From positions 1,489 through 65,488 of the forward strand of contig JBMYNJ010000003.1 of NCBI GenBank assembly GCA_049598145.1: 64,000 nucleotides of DNA. Direction: 5' to 3'. The position numbers and the translations under genes are program-made. A model generated the notes under the pieces. That model was not told where the DNA came from. It did not search any database and saw only the letters and a list, made by a program, of their open reading frames with translations. This document shows positions 42,789 through 52,582 of this stretch, piece after piece (the first letter of the stretch is position 1; each line of letters begins with the position of its first letter). This DNA is from Flavobacteriaceae bacterium (lineage in GTDB: Bacteria > Bacteroidota > Bacteroidia > Flavobacteriales > Flavobacteriaceae).

Positions 42789-43859
42789 ATGAATACAAAC
42801 TTTCCCGCCGGAGTTATTACCGGCACTCAAGTGCAAGAGGTATTTCAACTGGCTAAAGAAAAAGCTTTTGCATTGCCCGCAGTAAATGTTACTGGAAACA
42901 ACACCATTAATGCCGTATTGGAAACGGCTGCAGAACTTAATAGTCCTGTCATTGTTCAATTTTCCAACGGAGGATCTCAATTCAATGCTGGAAAAGGTCT
43001 CTCAAACGAAAACCAAAGTGCTGCAATCGCTGGAGGTATTGCTGGTGCACATCACGTACACCAACTCGCACAGGCCTATGGAGCCCGAGTAATTCTGCAT
43101 ACAGACCACTGTGCAAAAAATCTTTTACCTTGGATCGACGGACTTTTAGAGGCTTCTGAAGCGCATTTTAAAGCAACTGGAAAACCGCTTTACAGTTCAC
43201 ATATGATCGATCTTTCCGAAGAACCACTCGAAGAAAACATCGCCCTTTGTAAAACTTATTTGCAACGGATGGAAAAAATGGGAATGACACTCGAAATCGA
43301 ATTGGGAATTACCGGAGGAGAAGAAGACGGCGTGGATAATTCTGATGTAGACGTTTCTAAACTCTATACCCAGCCGGAAGAAGTGGCCTATGCCTTTGAA
43401 GAATTGCGACAAGTTTCGGATCAATTTACCGTAGCTGCTGCCTTTGGAAATGTACACGGAGTTTACAAACCCGGAAACGTAGTTTTAACTCCTAAAATTT
43501 TGAAAAATTCACAAGAATTTATCGAGAAAAAATACAATTTAGAACACAATCCTGTCGACTTTGTTTTCCATGGGGGGTCTGGGTCTTCTTTAGAAGAAAT
43601 TAGAGAGTCCATTGGTTATGGAGTTATTAAAATGAACATCGATACCGATCTTCAATTTGCGTTCACTTCCGGAATTCGCGACTATATGCTCGACAAACAA
43701 GAGTATCTAAAAACTCAAATTGGAAATCCTGAAGGGCCTGAAGTTCCCAATAAAAAGTTCTACGATCCCAGAAAGTGGCTACGTTTAGGTGAAGAGACAT
43801 TTAAATCTCGACTCAAACAAGCTTTTGAGGACCTCAACAACGTGGACACCTTAAACTAA
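42789..43859 (+). CDS. fbaA: class II fructose-bisphosphate aldolase
   Basis: 356 aa from MNTNFPAGVITG. It has a His-rich metal site (LHTDHC, FHGGSGS). Confidence 0.93.
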   Translation: MNTNFPAGVITGTQVQEVFQLAKEKAFALPAVNVTGNNTINAVLETAAELNSPVIVQFSNGGSQFNAGKGLSNENQSAAIAGGIAGAHHVHQLAQAYGARVILHTDHCAKNLLPWIDGLLEASEAHFKATGKPLYSSHMIDLSEEPLEENIALCKTYLQRMEKMGMTLEIELGITGGEEDGVDNSDVDVSKLYTQPEEVAYAFEELRQVSDQFTVAAAFGNVHGVYKPGNVVLTPKILKNSQEFIEKKYNLEHNPVDFVFHGGSGSSLEEIRESIGYGVIKMNIDTDLQFAFTSGIRDYMLDKQEYLKTQIGNPEGPEVPNKKFYDPRKWLRLGEETFKSRLKQAFEDLNNVDTLN

Positions 43860-43890
43860 ATTTTATACATTTAATTTAAAATTCATTTAA

Positions 43891-44745
43891 ATGTCTTGGT
43901 TTAAGCGAAGTGAAAAGGGGATTCAAACCCGAACAGAAGAAAAAAAAGACACCCCGATAGGACTATGGTATAAAACCCCAACCGGTAAAATTATTGAAAC
44001 ACAAGAATTAGCCGATAATTTTTATGTTTCTCCGGAAGACGACTATCACGTTCATATTGGGAGTCAGGAATATTTCCAAATTCTTTTTGACGAAAATCAA
44101 TTCGAAGAATTAGATGCCTCCTTAGAGGCTAAAGATTTCCTGAAGTTTGAAGACACCAAAAAATACAAGGACCGTATTAAAGCTGCTCAAAAAAAATCGG
44201 GTTTAAAAGATGCCATCCGGGTAGCAGTGGGGCCCTCCAAAGGAAAAAATCTGGTGGTTGCCTGTATGGATTTTCAATTTATCGGGGGCTCGATGGGGTC
44301 TGTAGTTGGGGAAAAGATCGCTCGTGCGGTAGACTACTGTATTGCTCATAATCTTCCACTATTGATCATCTCAAAATCGGGAGGGGCGCGTATGATGGAA
44401 TCGGCGACCTCCCTGGTGCAAATGGCCAAAACATCAGCCAAACTGAATGCCTTAAGCCAAGCCGGTTTGCCTTACATCTCTCTTTGTACCGATCCCACCA
44501 CAGGAGGAACGACAGCTTCATTCGCAATGCTTGGAGATATCAATATTGCCGAACCCAACGCCTTAATTGCTTTTGCAGGGCCTCGTGTCGTGCGTGACAC
44601 GACGGGTAAAGATCTTCCCGAAGGATTTCAGCGCAGTGAATTTTTGAAAGAAAAGGGGTTTTTAGACTTTATTGTCCATCGAAAAGAACTTAAAAATCAG
44701 ATCAATTTGTATTTGGATTTAATTCTAAATCAGGAGATTCGCTAA
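43891..44745 (+). CDS. accD: acetyl-CoA carboxylase carboxyltransferase beta subunit
   Basis: 284 aa. MSWFKR..., then [18 protein letters not shown] and the carboxyltransferase core. Confidence 0.92.
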   Translation: MSWFKRSEKGIQTRTEEKKDTPIGLWYKTPTGKIIETQELADNFYVSPEDDYHVHIGSQEYFQILFDENQFEELDASLEAKDFLKFEDTKKYKDRIKAAQKKSGLKDAIRVAVGPSKGKNLVVACMDFQFIGGSMGSVVGEKIARAVDYCIAHNLPLLIISKSGGARMMESATSLVQMAKTSAKLNALSQAGLPYISLCTDPTTGGTTASFAMLGDINIAEPNALIAFAGPRVVRDTTGKDLPEGFQRSEFLKEKGFLDFIVHRKELKNQINLYLDLILNQEIR

Positions 44746-44774
44746 TTCTTCCAACACACTCCAATTAATTTAGC

Positions 44775-44782
44775 TATCTTTG
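44775..44782 (+). promoter_or_regulatory. candidate -7 promoter box (TATCTTTG) for rpsO
   Basis: An exact TAnnTTTG 47 nt upstream of the ATG at 44830. Confidence 0.4.
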
Positions 44783-44829
44783 CCCCACTCTAAATGAGTG
44801 TACATAAAAATCATTTTAATAATATTGGC

Positions 44830-45099
44830 ATGTATTTATCCAAAGAAGTAAAAGAAAAAATTTTTAAAAAACACGGGAAATCAGAAAAAGACACCGGAAC
44901 CCCCGAAGGTCAAATTGCTTTGTTTTCCCACCGCATCGAACACTTATCCAACCACCTAAAATCCAATAAAAAGGACTTTAACACAGAACGCTCACTTGTG
45001 CGTTTGGTTGGGAAAAGACGTAATCTTTTAGATTATTTAAAAGCGAAAGATATTGAGCGCTACCGCGCCATTGTCAAAGAGCTAGGCTTACGCAAATAA
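44830..45099 (+). CDS. rpsO: 30S ribosomal protein S15
   Basis: The listed ORF is trimmed to MYLSKEVKEKIFKKHGKSEKDTGTPEGQIALFSHRIEHLSNHLK. 89 aa. Confidence 0.93.
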   Translation: MYLSKEVKEKIFKKHGKSEKDTGTPEGQIALFSHRIEHLSNHLKSNKKDFNTERSLVRLVGKRRNLLDYLKAKDIERYRAIVKELGLRK

Positions 45100-45178
45100 G
45101 AGCACTCTGGAATATTGTTCCTGAACCCTTAAGTTTTTCATAGGTTGCCGCAACACACAACATTTAGGTTAACCCTTA

Positions 45179-47329
45179 ATGAAAAACATGACACTAAAAT
45201 CATTTACACAAGAAATCCATCTTGAAGATGGTCGGACCATTACGCTTGAAACCGGCAAACTAGCTAAACAAGCAGACGGTTCAGTGGTTGTTCGTATGGG
45301 CGACTGTATGTTGTTGGCAACCGCAGTATCTGCCCGCCAAGCGTCGCCCGTAGACTTTTTACCCCTGACAGTAGACTACAGAGAAAAGTTTGCTGCGGCA
45401 GGGCGTTTCCCTGGAGGCTTCTTTAAACGAGAAGCGCGCCCCAGCAATGAAGAAATTTTAACCATGCGTTTGGTGGATCGAGTACTTCGTCCTCTATTCC
45501 CCAAAGATTATCACGCAGAAACACAAATCATGTTACAGTTGATGTCTCATGACGAAAATGTGATGCCGGATGCATTGGCAGGTCTTGCTGCCTCTGCCGC
45601 TATCCAACTTTCTGATATTCCCTTCGAGACGCCGATCTCTGAAGCTCGTGTGGCAAGAGTAGATGGCCAATTGGTGATTAATCCAAGTAAAGCCCAATTG
45701 GAACTTTCTGATATCGATATCATGATTGGAGCAAGTGCCGATTCTGTGGCCATGGTCGAAGGAGAATTCGATGAGGTCTCAGAAGCAGAAATGGTGGAAG
45801 CCATAAAGTTTGGACATGAAGCTATTAAAAAACAGATTGAAGCCCAGGTGGCTTTAGCTCAGCAGGTAGGCGTTAAAGAAACACGCGAATACGAAGAAGA
45901 ACGCAACGATGAGGAGCTGGAGACTAAAATCATGGATTTGGCCTATCAATCTTGCTACGATATTGCAAAATCTGCCAGTTCTAAAGGTGAACGCTCGGAA
46001 AAATTCAGTGCCCTTAAAGAAGAAATTAAAGAACCCTACAGCGAAGAAGAATTAGAAGAATTTGGAGACTTAATCTCTAAGTACTTTGGCAAAGCACAAA
46101 AGAAAGCGGTACGCGATTTGGTCCTGCAAGAAGGAATTCGTTTGGACGGTCGTGCTACGGACGAAATTCGTCCGATCTGGTGTGAGGTCAATTATCTGCC
46201 CTCAACACATGGTTCAGCTATTTTTACTCGGGGGGAAACACAGGCTTTAGCCACAACCACCCTGGGAACTTCTCGTGAAGCCAATATTATCGACCTTCCT
46301 ACCGAACAGGGGGAAGAGAATTTCTACCTCCATTACAACTTCCCTCCTTTCTCTACTGGAGAAGCCCGACCCCTACGCGGAACTTCACGGAGAGAGGTAG
46401 GTCATGGAAACTTGGCCCAACGCGCCCTTAAAAAGGTAATGCCTGATGACTGTCCTTACACAGTCCGTGTGGTTTCAGAGGTATTGGAATCCAACGGTTC
46501 CTCTTCTATGGCAACCGTATGTGCCGGAACGATGGCTTTAATGGACGCAGGAGTTCAAATTCATTCACCTGTTTCTGGGATTGCCATGGGACTTATCTCG
46601 GATGGAGATCAATATGCCGTTTTATCCGATATCCTCGGCGATGAAGATCACTTAGGAGATATGGACTTTAAAGTCACCGGAACTGAAAACGGAATTACGG
46701 CATGCCAGATGGATATTAAAATCAAAGGATTATCCTATGAGATTTTGATAGAAGCCTTAGAACAAGCCCGTACAGGTCGTTTACATATCCTCGAAAAGCT
46801 GGTGGAAACGATCGATTCTCCGGCAGAGCAAGTGAAGCCACATGCGCCAAAGATGGTCAAAATCACCATCCCGAACGACTTTATCGGAGCCGTGATTGGA
46901 CCTTCCGGAAAAGTCATTCAGGAAATGCAAAAAGAAACCGGTACGACTATAGTCATTGAAGAGGAGGGCGATGTAGGAGTCGTGGAGATCCTTGGCGTAG
47001 AACAGGAAATGATCGACGCTGTGATTCAACGAATCGAAAATATCACTTTTGTTCCTCAGGTAGACGAAACCTATGAAGTTAAAGTGATCAAATTACTGGA
47101 TTTCGGAGCGGTTGTGGAGTTTGTTCCTGGGAATGAAACCCTTTTACACATCTCTGAAATTGCATGGGAACGTATTGAAAAGGTCACGGATGTCATTAAT
47201 CTAGGAGATACAGTTGAAGTAAAATATATGGGAATTGATCCCAAAACTCGCAAACAAAAAGTATCCCGAAAAGCACTTTTACCACGTCCGGAACGAAAAA
47301 ATCGTCCGCAAAGACCAAAAAAGGAATAG
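45179..47329 (+). CDS. pnp: polyribonucleotide nucleotidyltransferase (PNPase)
   Basis: 716 aa with two RNase PH domains, a KH domain ([13 protein letters not shown]) and a C-terminal S1 domain. Confidence 0.96.
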   Translation: MKNMTLKSFTQEIHLEDGRTITLETGKLAKQADGSVVVRMGDCMLLATAVSARQASPVDFLPLTVDYREKFAAAGRFPGGFFKREARPSNEEILTMRLVDRVLRPLFPKDYHAETQIMLQLMSHDENVMPDALAGLAASAAIQLSDIPFETPISEARVARVDGQLVINPSKAQLELSDIDIMIGASADSVAMVEGEFDEVSEAEMVEAIKFGHEAIKKQIEAQVALAQQVGVKETREYEEERNDEELETKIMDLAYQSCYDIAKSASSKGERSEKFSALKEEIKEPYSEEELEEFGDLISKYFGKAQKKAVRDLVLQEGIRLDGRATDEIRPIWCEVNYLPSTHGSAIFTRGETQALATTTLGTSREANIIDLPTEQGEENFYLHYNFPPFSTGEARPLRGTSRREVGHGNLAQRALKKVMPDDCPYTVRVVSEVLESNGSSSMATVCAGTMALMDAGVQIHSPVSGIAMGLISDGDQYAVLSDILGDEDHLGDMDFKVTGTENGITACQMDIKIKGLSYEILIEALEQARTGRLHILEKLVETIDSPAEQVKPHAPKMVKITIPNDFIGAVIGPSGKVIQEMQKETGTTIVIEEEGDVGVVEILGVEQEMIDAVIQRIENITFVPQVDETYEVKVIKLLDFGAVVEFVPGNETLLHISEIAWERIEKVTDVINLGDTVEVKYMGIDPKTRKQKVSRKALLPRPERKNRPQRPKKE

Positions 47330-47379
47330 TTTTTGATAGAAATTGTGTTTCAACGGGACTGAAAATTATTTAATCGTAA

Positions 47380-48243
47380 ATGAGACAACTTAAAATTACC
47401 AAGCAGGTAACCAATCGGGAGACGGCCTCTCTTGATAAGTATCTGCAAGAAATTGGAAAAGTAGACTTAATTACTGCCGAAGAAGAGGTAGAATTGGCAC
47501 AACGCATCAAAGCAGGAGATCAAATAGCCTTGGAAAAACTCACCAAAGCCAATCTCCGTTTTGTAGTATCGGTTGCCAAGCAATACCAAAATCAAGGATT
47601 AACGCTTCCGGATTTGATTAATGAAGGAAATTTGGGCTTAATCAAGGCTGCTCAACGTTTTGATGAAACCCGTGGATTTAAGTTTATTTCCTACGCTGTT
47701 TGGTGGATTAGACAATCCATTCTTCAAGCTCTTGCGGAGCAATCCCGTATTGTTCGCTTACCGCTGAATAAAATTGGTTCGATCAATAAGATCAATAAAA
47801 CCTATGCCTACCTCGAGCAAGCGCACGAACGGGCCCCCTCTGCAGAGGAAATTGCCAAAGAACTGGACATGACGATCAATGATGTCAAAGAATCCTTAAA
47901 AAATTCAGGACGTCATTTATCAATGGATGCGCCTTTGGTAGAAGGGGAAGACTCTAACCTTTACGATGTATTGAATACAGAAGAGTCGCCAAATCCCGAC
48001 AAAACACTCCTTCACGAGTCTTTGAGAACTGAAATCGAAAGAGCTTTAGAAACCCTCACGCCTCGAGAGGCCGATGTGGTGCGTTTATACTTTGGTTTGG
48101 CTAATCAGCACGCCATGACCTTAGAGGAAATTGGCGAAACCTTCGACCTGACTCGCGAACGCGTTCGTCAAATCAAAGAAAAAGCTATCCGACGGTTGAA
48201 GCACACGTCGCGAAGTAAAATCTTAAAAACCTATTTAGGATAA
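47380..48243 (+). CDS. rpoD: primary sigma factor sigma-A (short Bacteroidetes form, no region 1.1)
   Basis: 287 aa with region 2 ([13 protein letters not shown]) and region 4.2 ([27 protein letters not shown]). Confidence 0.93.
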   Translation: MRQLKITKQVTNRETASLDKYLQEIGKVDLITAEEEVELAQRIKAGDQIALEKLTKANLRFVVSVAKQYQNQGLTLPDLINEGNLGLIKAAQRFDETRGFKFISYAVWWIRQSILQALAEQSRIVRLPLNKIGSINKINKTYAYLEQAHERAPSAEEIAKELDMTINDVKESLKNSGRHLSMDAPLVEGEDSNLYDVLNTEESPNPDKTLLHESLRTEIERALETLTPREADVVRLYFGLANQHAMTLEEIGETFDLTRERVRQIKEKAIRRLKHTSRSKILKTYLG

Positions 48244-48252
48244 ACCACAAAA

Positions 48253-48278
48253 AACAACCTCAGGGTTGTTTTTTTTTG
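48253..48278 (+). terminator. rho-independent terminator after rpoD
   Basis: An AACAACC / GGTTGTT stem with a TCAG loop, then a run of T ending about 11 nt before the rpe ATG. Confidence 0.65.
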
Positions 48279-48288
48279 ATTGCATGTT

Positions 48289-48942
48289 ATGAACAGTCCA
48301 ATTATAGCTCCCTCCCTTTTAGCCGCAGACTTCGGAAATCTTCAACGCGATTGTGAAATGGTCAACCAAAGTGCGGCCGATTGGTTTCACATCGATATCA
48401 TGGATGGCGTTTTTGTACCTAATATTTCCTTTGGTATGCCCGTACTCAAAGCCATTCAACAACACGCAACCAAACCCCTAGATGTGCACCTTATGATTGT
48501 GGACCCCGATCGATATACCGAAACCTTTGCGCAGCTTGGAGCCTCCATCCTAACGGTTCACTACGAAGCCTGTGCACACTTGCACCGCAGTCTTCAAAAC
48601 ATAAAATCCTTTGGGATGCAAGCCGGTGTGGCACTCAATCCCCATACCCCTGTTTCTCTCTTAGAAGATTTGCTTCCTGAAATAGATTTGGTGTGTTTAA
48701 TGAGTGTAAATCCCGGGTTTGGAGGACAGTCTTTTATTGAACGGACCTATGCAAAAGTGGAACAATTAAGTGCAATGATCCTCCAACAAAACACCTCGAC
48801 AAAAATTGAAATTGATGGAGGGGTTAGCTCTGCAAACGCTGCTAAACTAATCGCCGCTGGAGCAGACGTTTTAGTTGCCGGAAGTTTTGTTTTTAGAAGT
48901 GAAGATCCCCTAACAACGATCGAACAATTAAAACATATTTAG
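48289..48942 (+). CDS. rpe: ribulose-phosphate 3-epimerase
   Basis: MNSPIIAPSLLAADF, then HIDIMDGVFVPN and MSVNPGFGGQSF. The ATG at 48289 is preferred to the listed TTG at 48280, which lies in the terminator T-tract. Confidence 0.93.
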   Translation: MNSPIIAPSLLAADFGNLQRDCEMVNQSAADWFHIDIMDGVFVPNISFGMPVLKAIQQHATKPLDVHLMIVDPDRYTETFAQLGASILTVHYEACAHLHRSLQNIKSFGMQAGVALNPHTPVSLLEDLLPEIDLVCLMSVNPGFGGQSFIERTYAKVEQLSAMILQQNTSTKIEIDGGVSSANAAKLIAAGADVLVAGSFVFRSEDPLTTIEQLKHI

Positions 48943-48957
48943 ATTTAATTATTCGAC

Positions 48958-48985
48958 CAAAAAAAAGAGGAGCTTAAAGCTCCCC
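48958..48985 (-). terminator. terminator hairpin downstream of the OmpA-family gene
   Basis: A GGAGC / GCTCC stem with a 5-nt loop. On the minus strand it is followed by a T-run (plus-strand A-run 48959-48966). Confidence 0.55.
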
Positions 48986-49007
48986 TTCTTCCGTTTCGTT
49001 AAGGCAT

Positions 49008-50393
49008 TTATTTTTGTTTAAACTGTACGCGTCTGTTTTGCGCGCGCCCTTCAGCTGTTTCATCGTTTCCAATCGGATTGGCTTCTCCGAAGCTAACCAC
49101 TTCTAAGCGTTCTGCAGGAACCCCCAGTTGAATGAGGTAATCCCGAACGGCTTGGGCACGTTGCTGTGAGAGTTTCATGTTATAGGCTTCATCGCCATCG
49201 GAGGAGGCATATCCCTCAATGACAAGTATTCCGTTTGGATTTTCGTCTAAAAGAGCTTTGATTTTTTCAAGTGTTTGTCGAGGCTTTTTCCCCATGATCC
49301 GGGCACTTTGAGCTGGGAAGTTGATATTGTTTCCAAACTTGTTTAAAGTGCTCATAATTTCATCGGAAAGGGGTGGGCATCCTTGGTTTTCTTCCGTACC
49401 TGCTTCCTCTGGGCAATTGTCTTGCTCATCGGGTACTCCATCGCCATCGCCATCGGGCAATGGACACCCATTGTTGGAGGCTGGTCCTGCTTCTTCCGGA
49501 CATTCGTCAATACCATCGTGTACTTCATCTTCGTCACTATCGGGGCAACCACTCATTTCAGAAGCCCCAGGGACGTCTGGGCACAAATCATCCTTATCGG
49601 GAGTTCCGTCGCCATCAGCATCTGGACATCCTTTAAGCTCCACGGGGCCAGGTTCTTCAGGACAATCGTCCTCATTGTCAGGGATGGTATCTTCATCGGT
49701 ATCCGGGCAACCTTCATATTCTTTTAAGCCGGGTAATTGTGGACATTTATCCTTTTCATCGACAATTCCATCTTTATCTGAATCTTTCGCCCCAAATAAA
49801 TAGTTCATCCCAACCGAATGATTGAAATGATCGACCCCAAATCGCTCATAAGGATTGTTATAAGTCGATTTAAGCGACAATCGAACTTTATCAGCCAATC
49901 GGATATCAAACCCGATCCCCCCGGTCATCATTTGTGAGGTATTTTTCGATAAGAGCACACTGGAATTTGTTTCTTGATCTAAACTGGCATACCCCCATCC
50001 CCCGTATAGATAAGGACTGATGGTCTTATCCTGAAGCGGAGCAAATTTTGCAAAAGCGTTTGCAGAGTAAAATGGAAATTCGACATTGTCCAGTCCATCC
50101 ACCTTTTTAATGAGATTAACGGTCCCCTCTAATCCCAGAGATAGTCCCCCTTTGATCCGTCGTGAAAGACTTAAGGTAGGACCTCCAAGGTTCCAGTGGT
50201 CTCCTACATTCAAAAATCCTTCAAAAATTTCTCCTTGGGGCTGGATTTGTCGAGACCCTTTTTCCCCTGCACTAGAAACATCAATAACGGATGCTCCCAC
50301 GGAAATTTGCCAGGGATAGGTAGAGTTTTGCGCTTGCATGGTGAAGCTGCAAAGTCCTAATACAATCAATGACTTAAGTAATGTATTTCTCAT
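49008..50393 (-). CDS. OmpA-family outer-membrane protein with central thrombospondin type-3 (Ca-binding) repeats
   Basis: 461 aa with a signal peptide and an N-terminal beta-barrel. The central region has Asp-rich repeats of the form DxDxDGxxDxxDxCP. The C-terminal OmpA_C domain has NLKLSQQRAQAV and GRAQNRRV. Confidence 0.9.
   Translation of the reverse strand: MRNTLLKSLIVLGLCSFTMQAQNSTYPWQISVGASVIDVSSAGEKGSRQIQPQGEIFEGFLNVGDHWNLGGPTLSLSRRIKGGLSLGLEGTVNLIKKVDGLDNVEFPFYSANAFAKFAPLQDKTISPYLYGGWGYASLDQETNSSVLLSKNTSQMMTGGIGFDIRLADKVRLSLKSTYNNPYERFGVDHFNHSVGMNYLFGAKDSDKDGIVDEKDKCPQLPGLKEYEGCPDTDEDTIPDNEDDCPEEPGPVELKGCPDADGDGTPDKDDLCPDVPGASEMSGCPDSDEDEVHDGIDECPEEAGPASNNGCPLPDGDGDGVPDEQDNCPEEAGTEENQGCPPLSDEIMSTLNKFGNNINFPAQSARIMGKKPRQTLEKIKALLDENPNGILVIEGYASSDGDEAYNMKLSQQRAQAVRDYLIQLGVPAERLEVVSFGEANPIGNDETAEGRAQNRRVQFKQK
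49368..49790 (-). repeat. in-frame tandem Asp/Cys/Pro repeats (thrombospondin type-3-like) inside the OmpA-family gene
   Basis: The protein segment DSDKDGIVDEKDKCPQLPG...GCPDTDEDTIPDNEDDCPEEPG...GCPDADGDGTPDKDDLCPDVPG...GCPDSDEDEVHDGIDECPEEAG...GCPLPDGDGDGVPDEQDNCPEEAG shows about five units. Confidence 0.8.
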
Positions 50394-50496
50394 ATTGTCG
50401 CTTTTGTGCTTAATAATAACTCAAATTACTCGGGTTTATTATATTGCAAATTAATTTATTTATAACAGATACAGTAGAGTAATCCACGGACTTTCG

Positions 50497-52572
50497 ATGA
50501 AATTAACAGAATTTGACCTTATGAAATTTAAACCGATGAAATCATTGTGTTTTTTTATCTTTTTTTTAGTTCTACATTGGTCCCTTTTAGGGCAAGATTT
50601 AAAACAATCCCCATGGCATATAGTTGCCGACCAGATTGACCCCAACCATTACTACGGGGTTACCCTAGCGAACGGAATGGTGGGGATGGTATCTTCTCCC
50701 AATGCTTTACAGGTAAATGAAGTCATTCTCAATGGGGTATATGATTATTATCAAAGAGGGCGGGTCAGTAATATCCTGAAGACCTTTAGTCATATGAATA
50801 TGCATCTAGAGATCAACAATCGAAGAATTGGTCCGAAAGATGTAAAAGACTATCGACAGACCTTAAATATGAAAGAGGCTGCTTTAGAAACACGATATAT
50901 AATTCCGCAAAAGGCCCAAGTACGTCAGCAGCTTTTTGCCTTGAGAAATCTCCCTTTTTCAAGTATGGCAATTGTTGAAATTACTGCGCTATCAGATATT
51001 AATATTCGACCCATAAATTATATTGAGGCACCAGACCATTTATCGGATGTCCGGAATTATTATGCAGAAATTGACCGTCCTCATGTCTTGATTCCGTTGA
51101 TGACTTCGGTCGCTAAAAGCCCAGGAAAAAAGACGGTCGCTGCTTCTACCAGCTTTATTTTTCCAGAACCCCACGGAAAAGAACCCAAGATTATTCACGA
51201 GGATTGGGACTATAATATGCACTTAATGAAGTTTAATAAAACCTTAAAAAAAGGGGAAACTTACCGGTTTGCTTTAGTAGGGTCTACCTTGGCTTCGGTG
51301 CATAACAACGACCCACATAACGAAGCCGAAAGACTCACCCTTTTTGCAAAACTGGAAGGGATCAAACGTTTACTTGAAGGACACCAACAGGCTTGGAGTA
51401 AACTTTGGGAACACGACATCCAAATTGAGGGGGATCTAAGATCTCAAAAAGCGGTTCGATCGGCTCTCTATCATTTATATTCCTTTGCGCGGGAGGGAAC
51501 CGCCTATTCTCTCTCCCCCATGGGACTTTCGGGTTTAGGCTACAACGGTCATGTCTTTTGGGATACTGAATTATGGATGTATCCTCCCCTATTAGTCCTC
51601 CAACCCAAAATTGCCAAGTCGCTTTTAGAATATAGATTCCAACGATTAGAAGCAGCTCGAGCTAATGCTTTTGCACACGGCTATGCTGGAGCGATGTTCC
51701 CCTGGGAATCCGCTGAAGACGGATCGGAAGACACTCCCATCTGGGCACTTACAGGCCCTTTTCAGCAGCATATAAGTGCTACGGTAGGATGGGCTTTTTG
51801 GCAATATTATTGGGTCACCAAAGACCGAGATTGGCTAGAAAGTCGCGGATATCCAGTCCTTAAAGCGGTTGCAGAATTTTGGTGTAGTCGAGTGGAACGC
51901 AACGGCCCCAATCAATACGACATTAATAACGTTATTGGAGCCAATGAATGGGAAGAAAATATCGACAACAACGCCTTTACCAACGGGATGGTTAAAACCG
52001 TTTTAGAATATGCCAGTTTAGCGGCAGAGGTCCTTCAAGAAGAAGCAGACCCCGACTGGAGACATGTGGCCAAAAACATCCCTATTCTTCAATTTCCCAA
52101 CGGTATTACCCGTGAAAATGCTACTTATGATGGGGTTACGATTAAGCAAGCGGATGTAAACCTGCTTTCTTATCCACTTAAAGTAATTCAAGACCGAGAG
52201 GCCATTCGACGAGATTTGGCCTATTACGAACCGCGATTTTCTGCCGACGGTCCAGCAATGGGACAGGCCATTTTAGCTATTCTACACAGCCGTTTAGGAA
52301 ATCATAAAAAAGCCTTCCAAGTATTCGAAAAAAGTTACCAACCCAATGAGCTTCCTCCTTTCCAGGTATTGGCCGAAACTGCAGGAGGAACCAATCCATA
52401 TTTTGCCACAGGAGCGGGAGGAATGTTACAAGCAGTTCTTTTCGGATTTGGAGGGTTGGATATCAATGCAGAAGGTGTTCAACAAAAAACACCTCAACTT
52501 CCCAAAGCATGGAAAAGTCTTACTCTTAAAGGAGTAGGAATAAAAAATAACACCTATATCCTTAAACCTTAA
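50497..52572 (+). CDS. glycoside hydrolase family 65 protein with an N-terminal signal peptide (start probably at M9 or M14: 50521 or 50536)
   Basis: GLGYNGHVFWDTELWMYPPLL and FPWESAEDGSEDTP are present. VIGANEWEENIDNNAFTN is the GH65 catalytic-acid loop (GPDEY...NNAYTN type). The hydrophobic leader is KSLCFFIFFLVLHWSLLGQ. Confidence 0.85.
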   Translation: MKLTEFDLMKFKPMKSLCFFIFFLVLHWSLLGQDLKQSPWHIVADQIDPNHYYGVTLANGMVGMVSSPNALQVNEVILNGVYDYYQRGRVSNILKTFSHMNMHLEINNRRIGPKDVKDYRQTLNMKEAALETRYIIPQKAQVRQQLFALRNLPFSSMAIVEITALSDINIRPINYIEAPDHLSDVRNYYAEIDRPHVLIPLMTSVAKSPGKKTVAASTSFIFPEPHGKEPKIIHEDWDYNMHLMKFNKTLKKGETYRFALVGSTLASVHNNDPHNEAERLTLFAKLEGIKRLLEGHQQAWSKLWEHDIQIEGDLRSQKAVRSALYHLYSFAREGTAYSLSPMGLSGLGYNGHVFWDTELWMYPPLLVLQPKIAKSLLEYRFQRLEAARANAFAHGYAGAMFPWESAEDGSEDTPIWALTGPFQQHISATVGWAFWQYYWVTKDRDWLESRGYPVLKAVAEFWCSRVERNGPNQYDINNVIGANEWEENIDNNAFTNGMVKTVLEYASLAAEVLQEEADPDWRHVAKNIPILQFPNGITRENATYDGVTIKQADVNLLSYPLKVIQDREAIRRDLAYYEPRFSADGPAMGQAILAILHSRLGNHKKAFQVFEKSYQPNELPPFQVLAETAGGTNPYFATGAGGMLQAVLFGFGGLDINAEGVQQKTPQLPKAWKSLTLKGVGIKNNTYILKP

Positions 52573-52582
52573 TTCCAAATCA

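Noticed and set aside
45125-45177. The direct 9-mer repeat AACCCTTAA (twice) in the rpsO-pnp spacer, considered as an RNase III-type processing hairpin like the one in E. coli.
   Set aside because: The two copies are direct, not inverted. I could not fold a convincing stem from the spacer by eye.
49321-49803. A Ser/Pro/Gly-rich 160-aa plus-strand ORF, with two other ORFs, over the OmpA repeat region.
   Set aside because: It is an artefact of the Asp/Cys/Pro codon repeats (GAT/GAC read as ATC/GTC on the antisense strand, and so on). The minus-strand OmpA reading is unambiguous.
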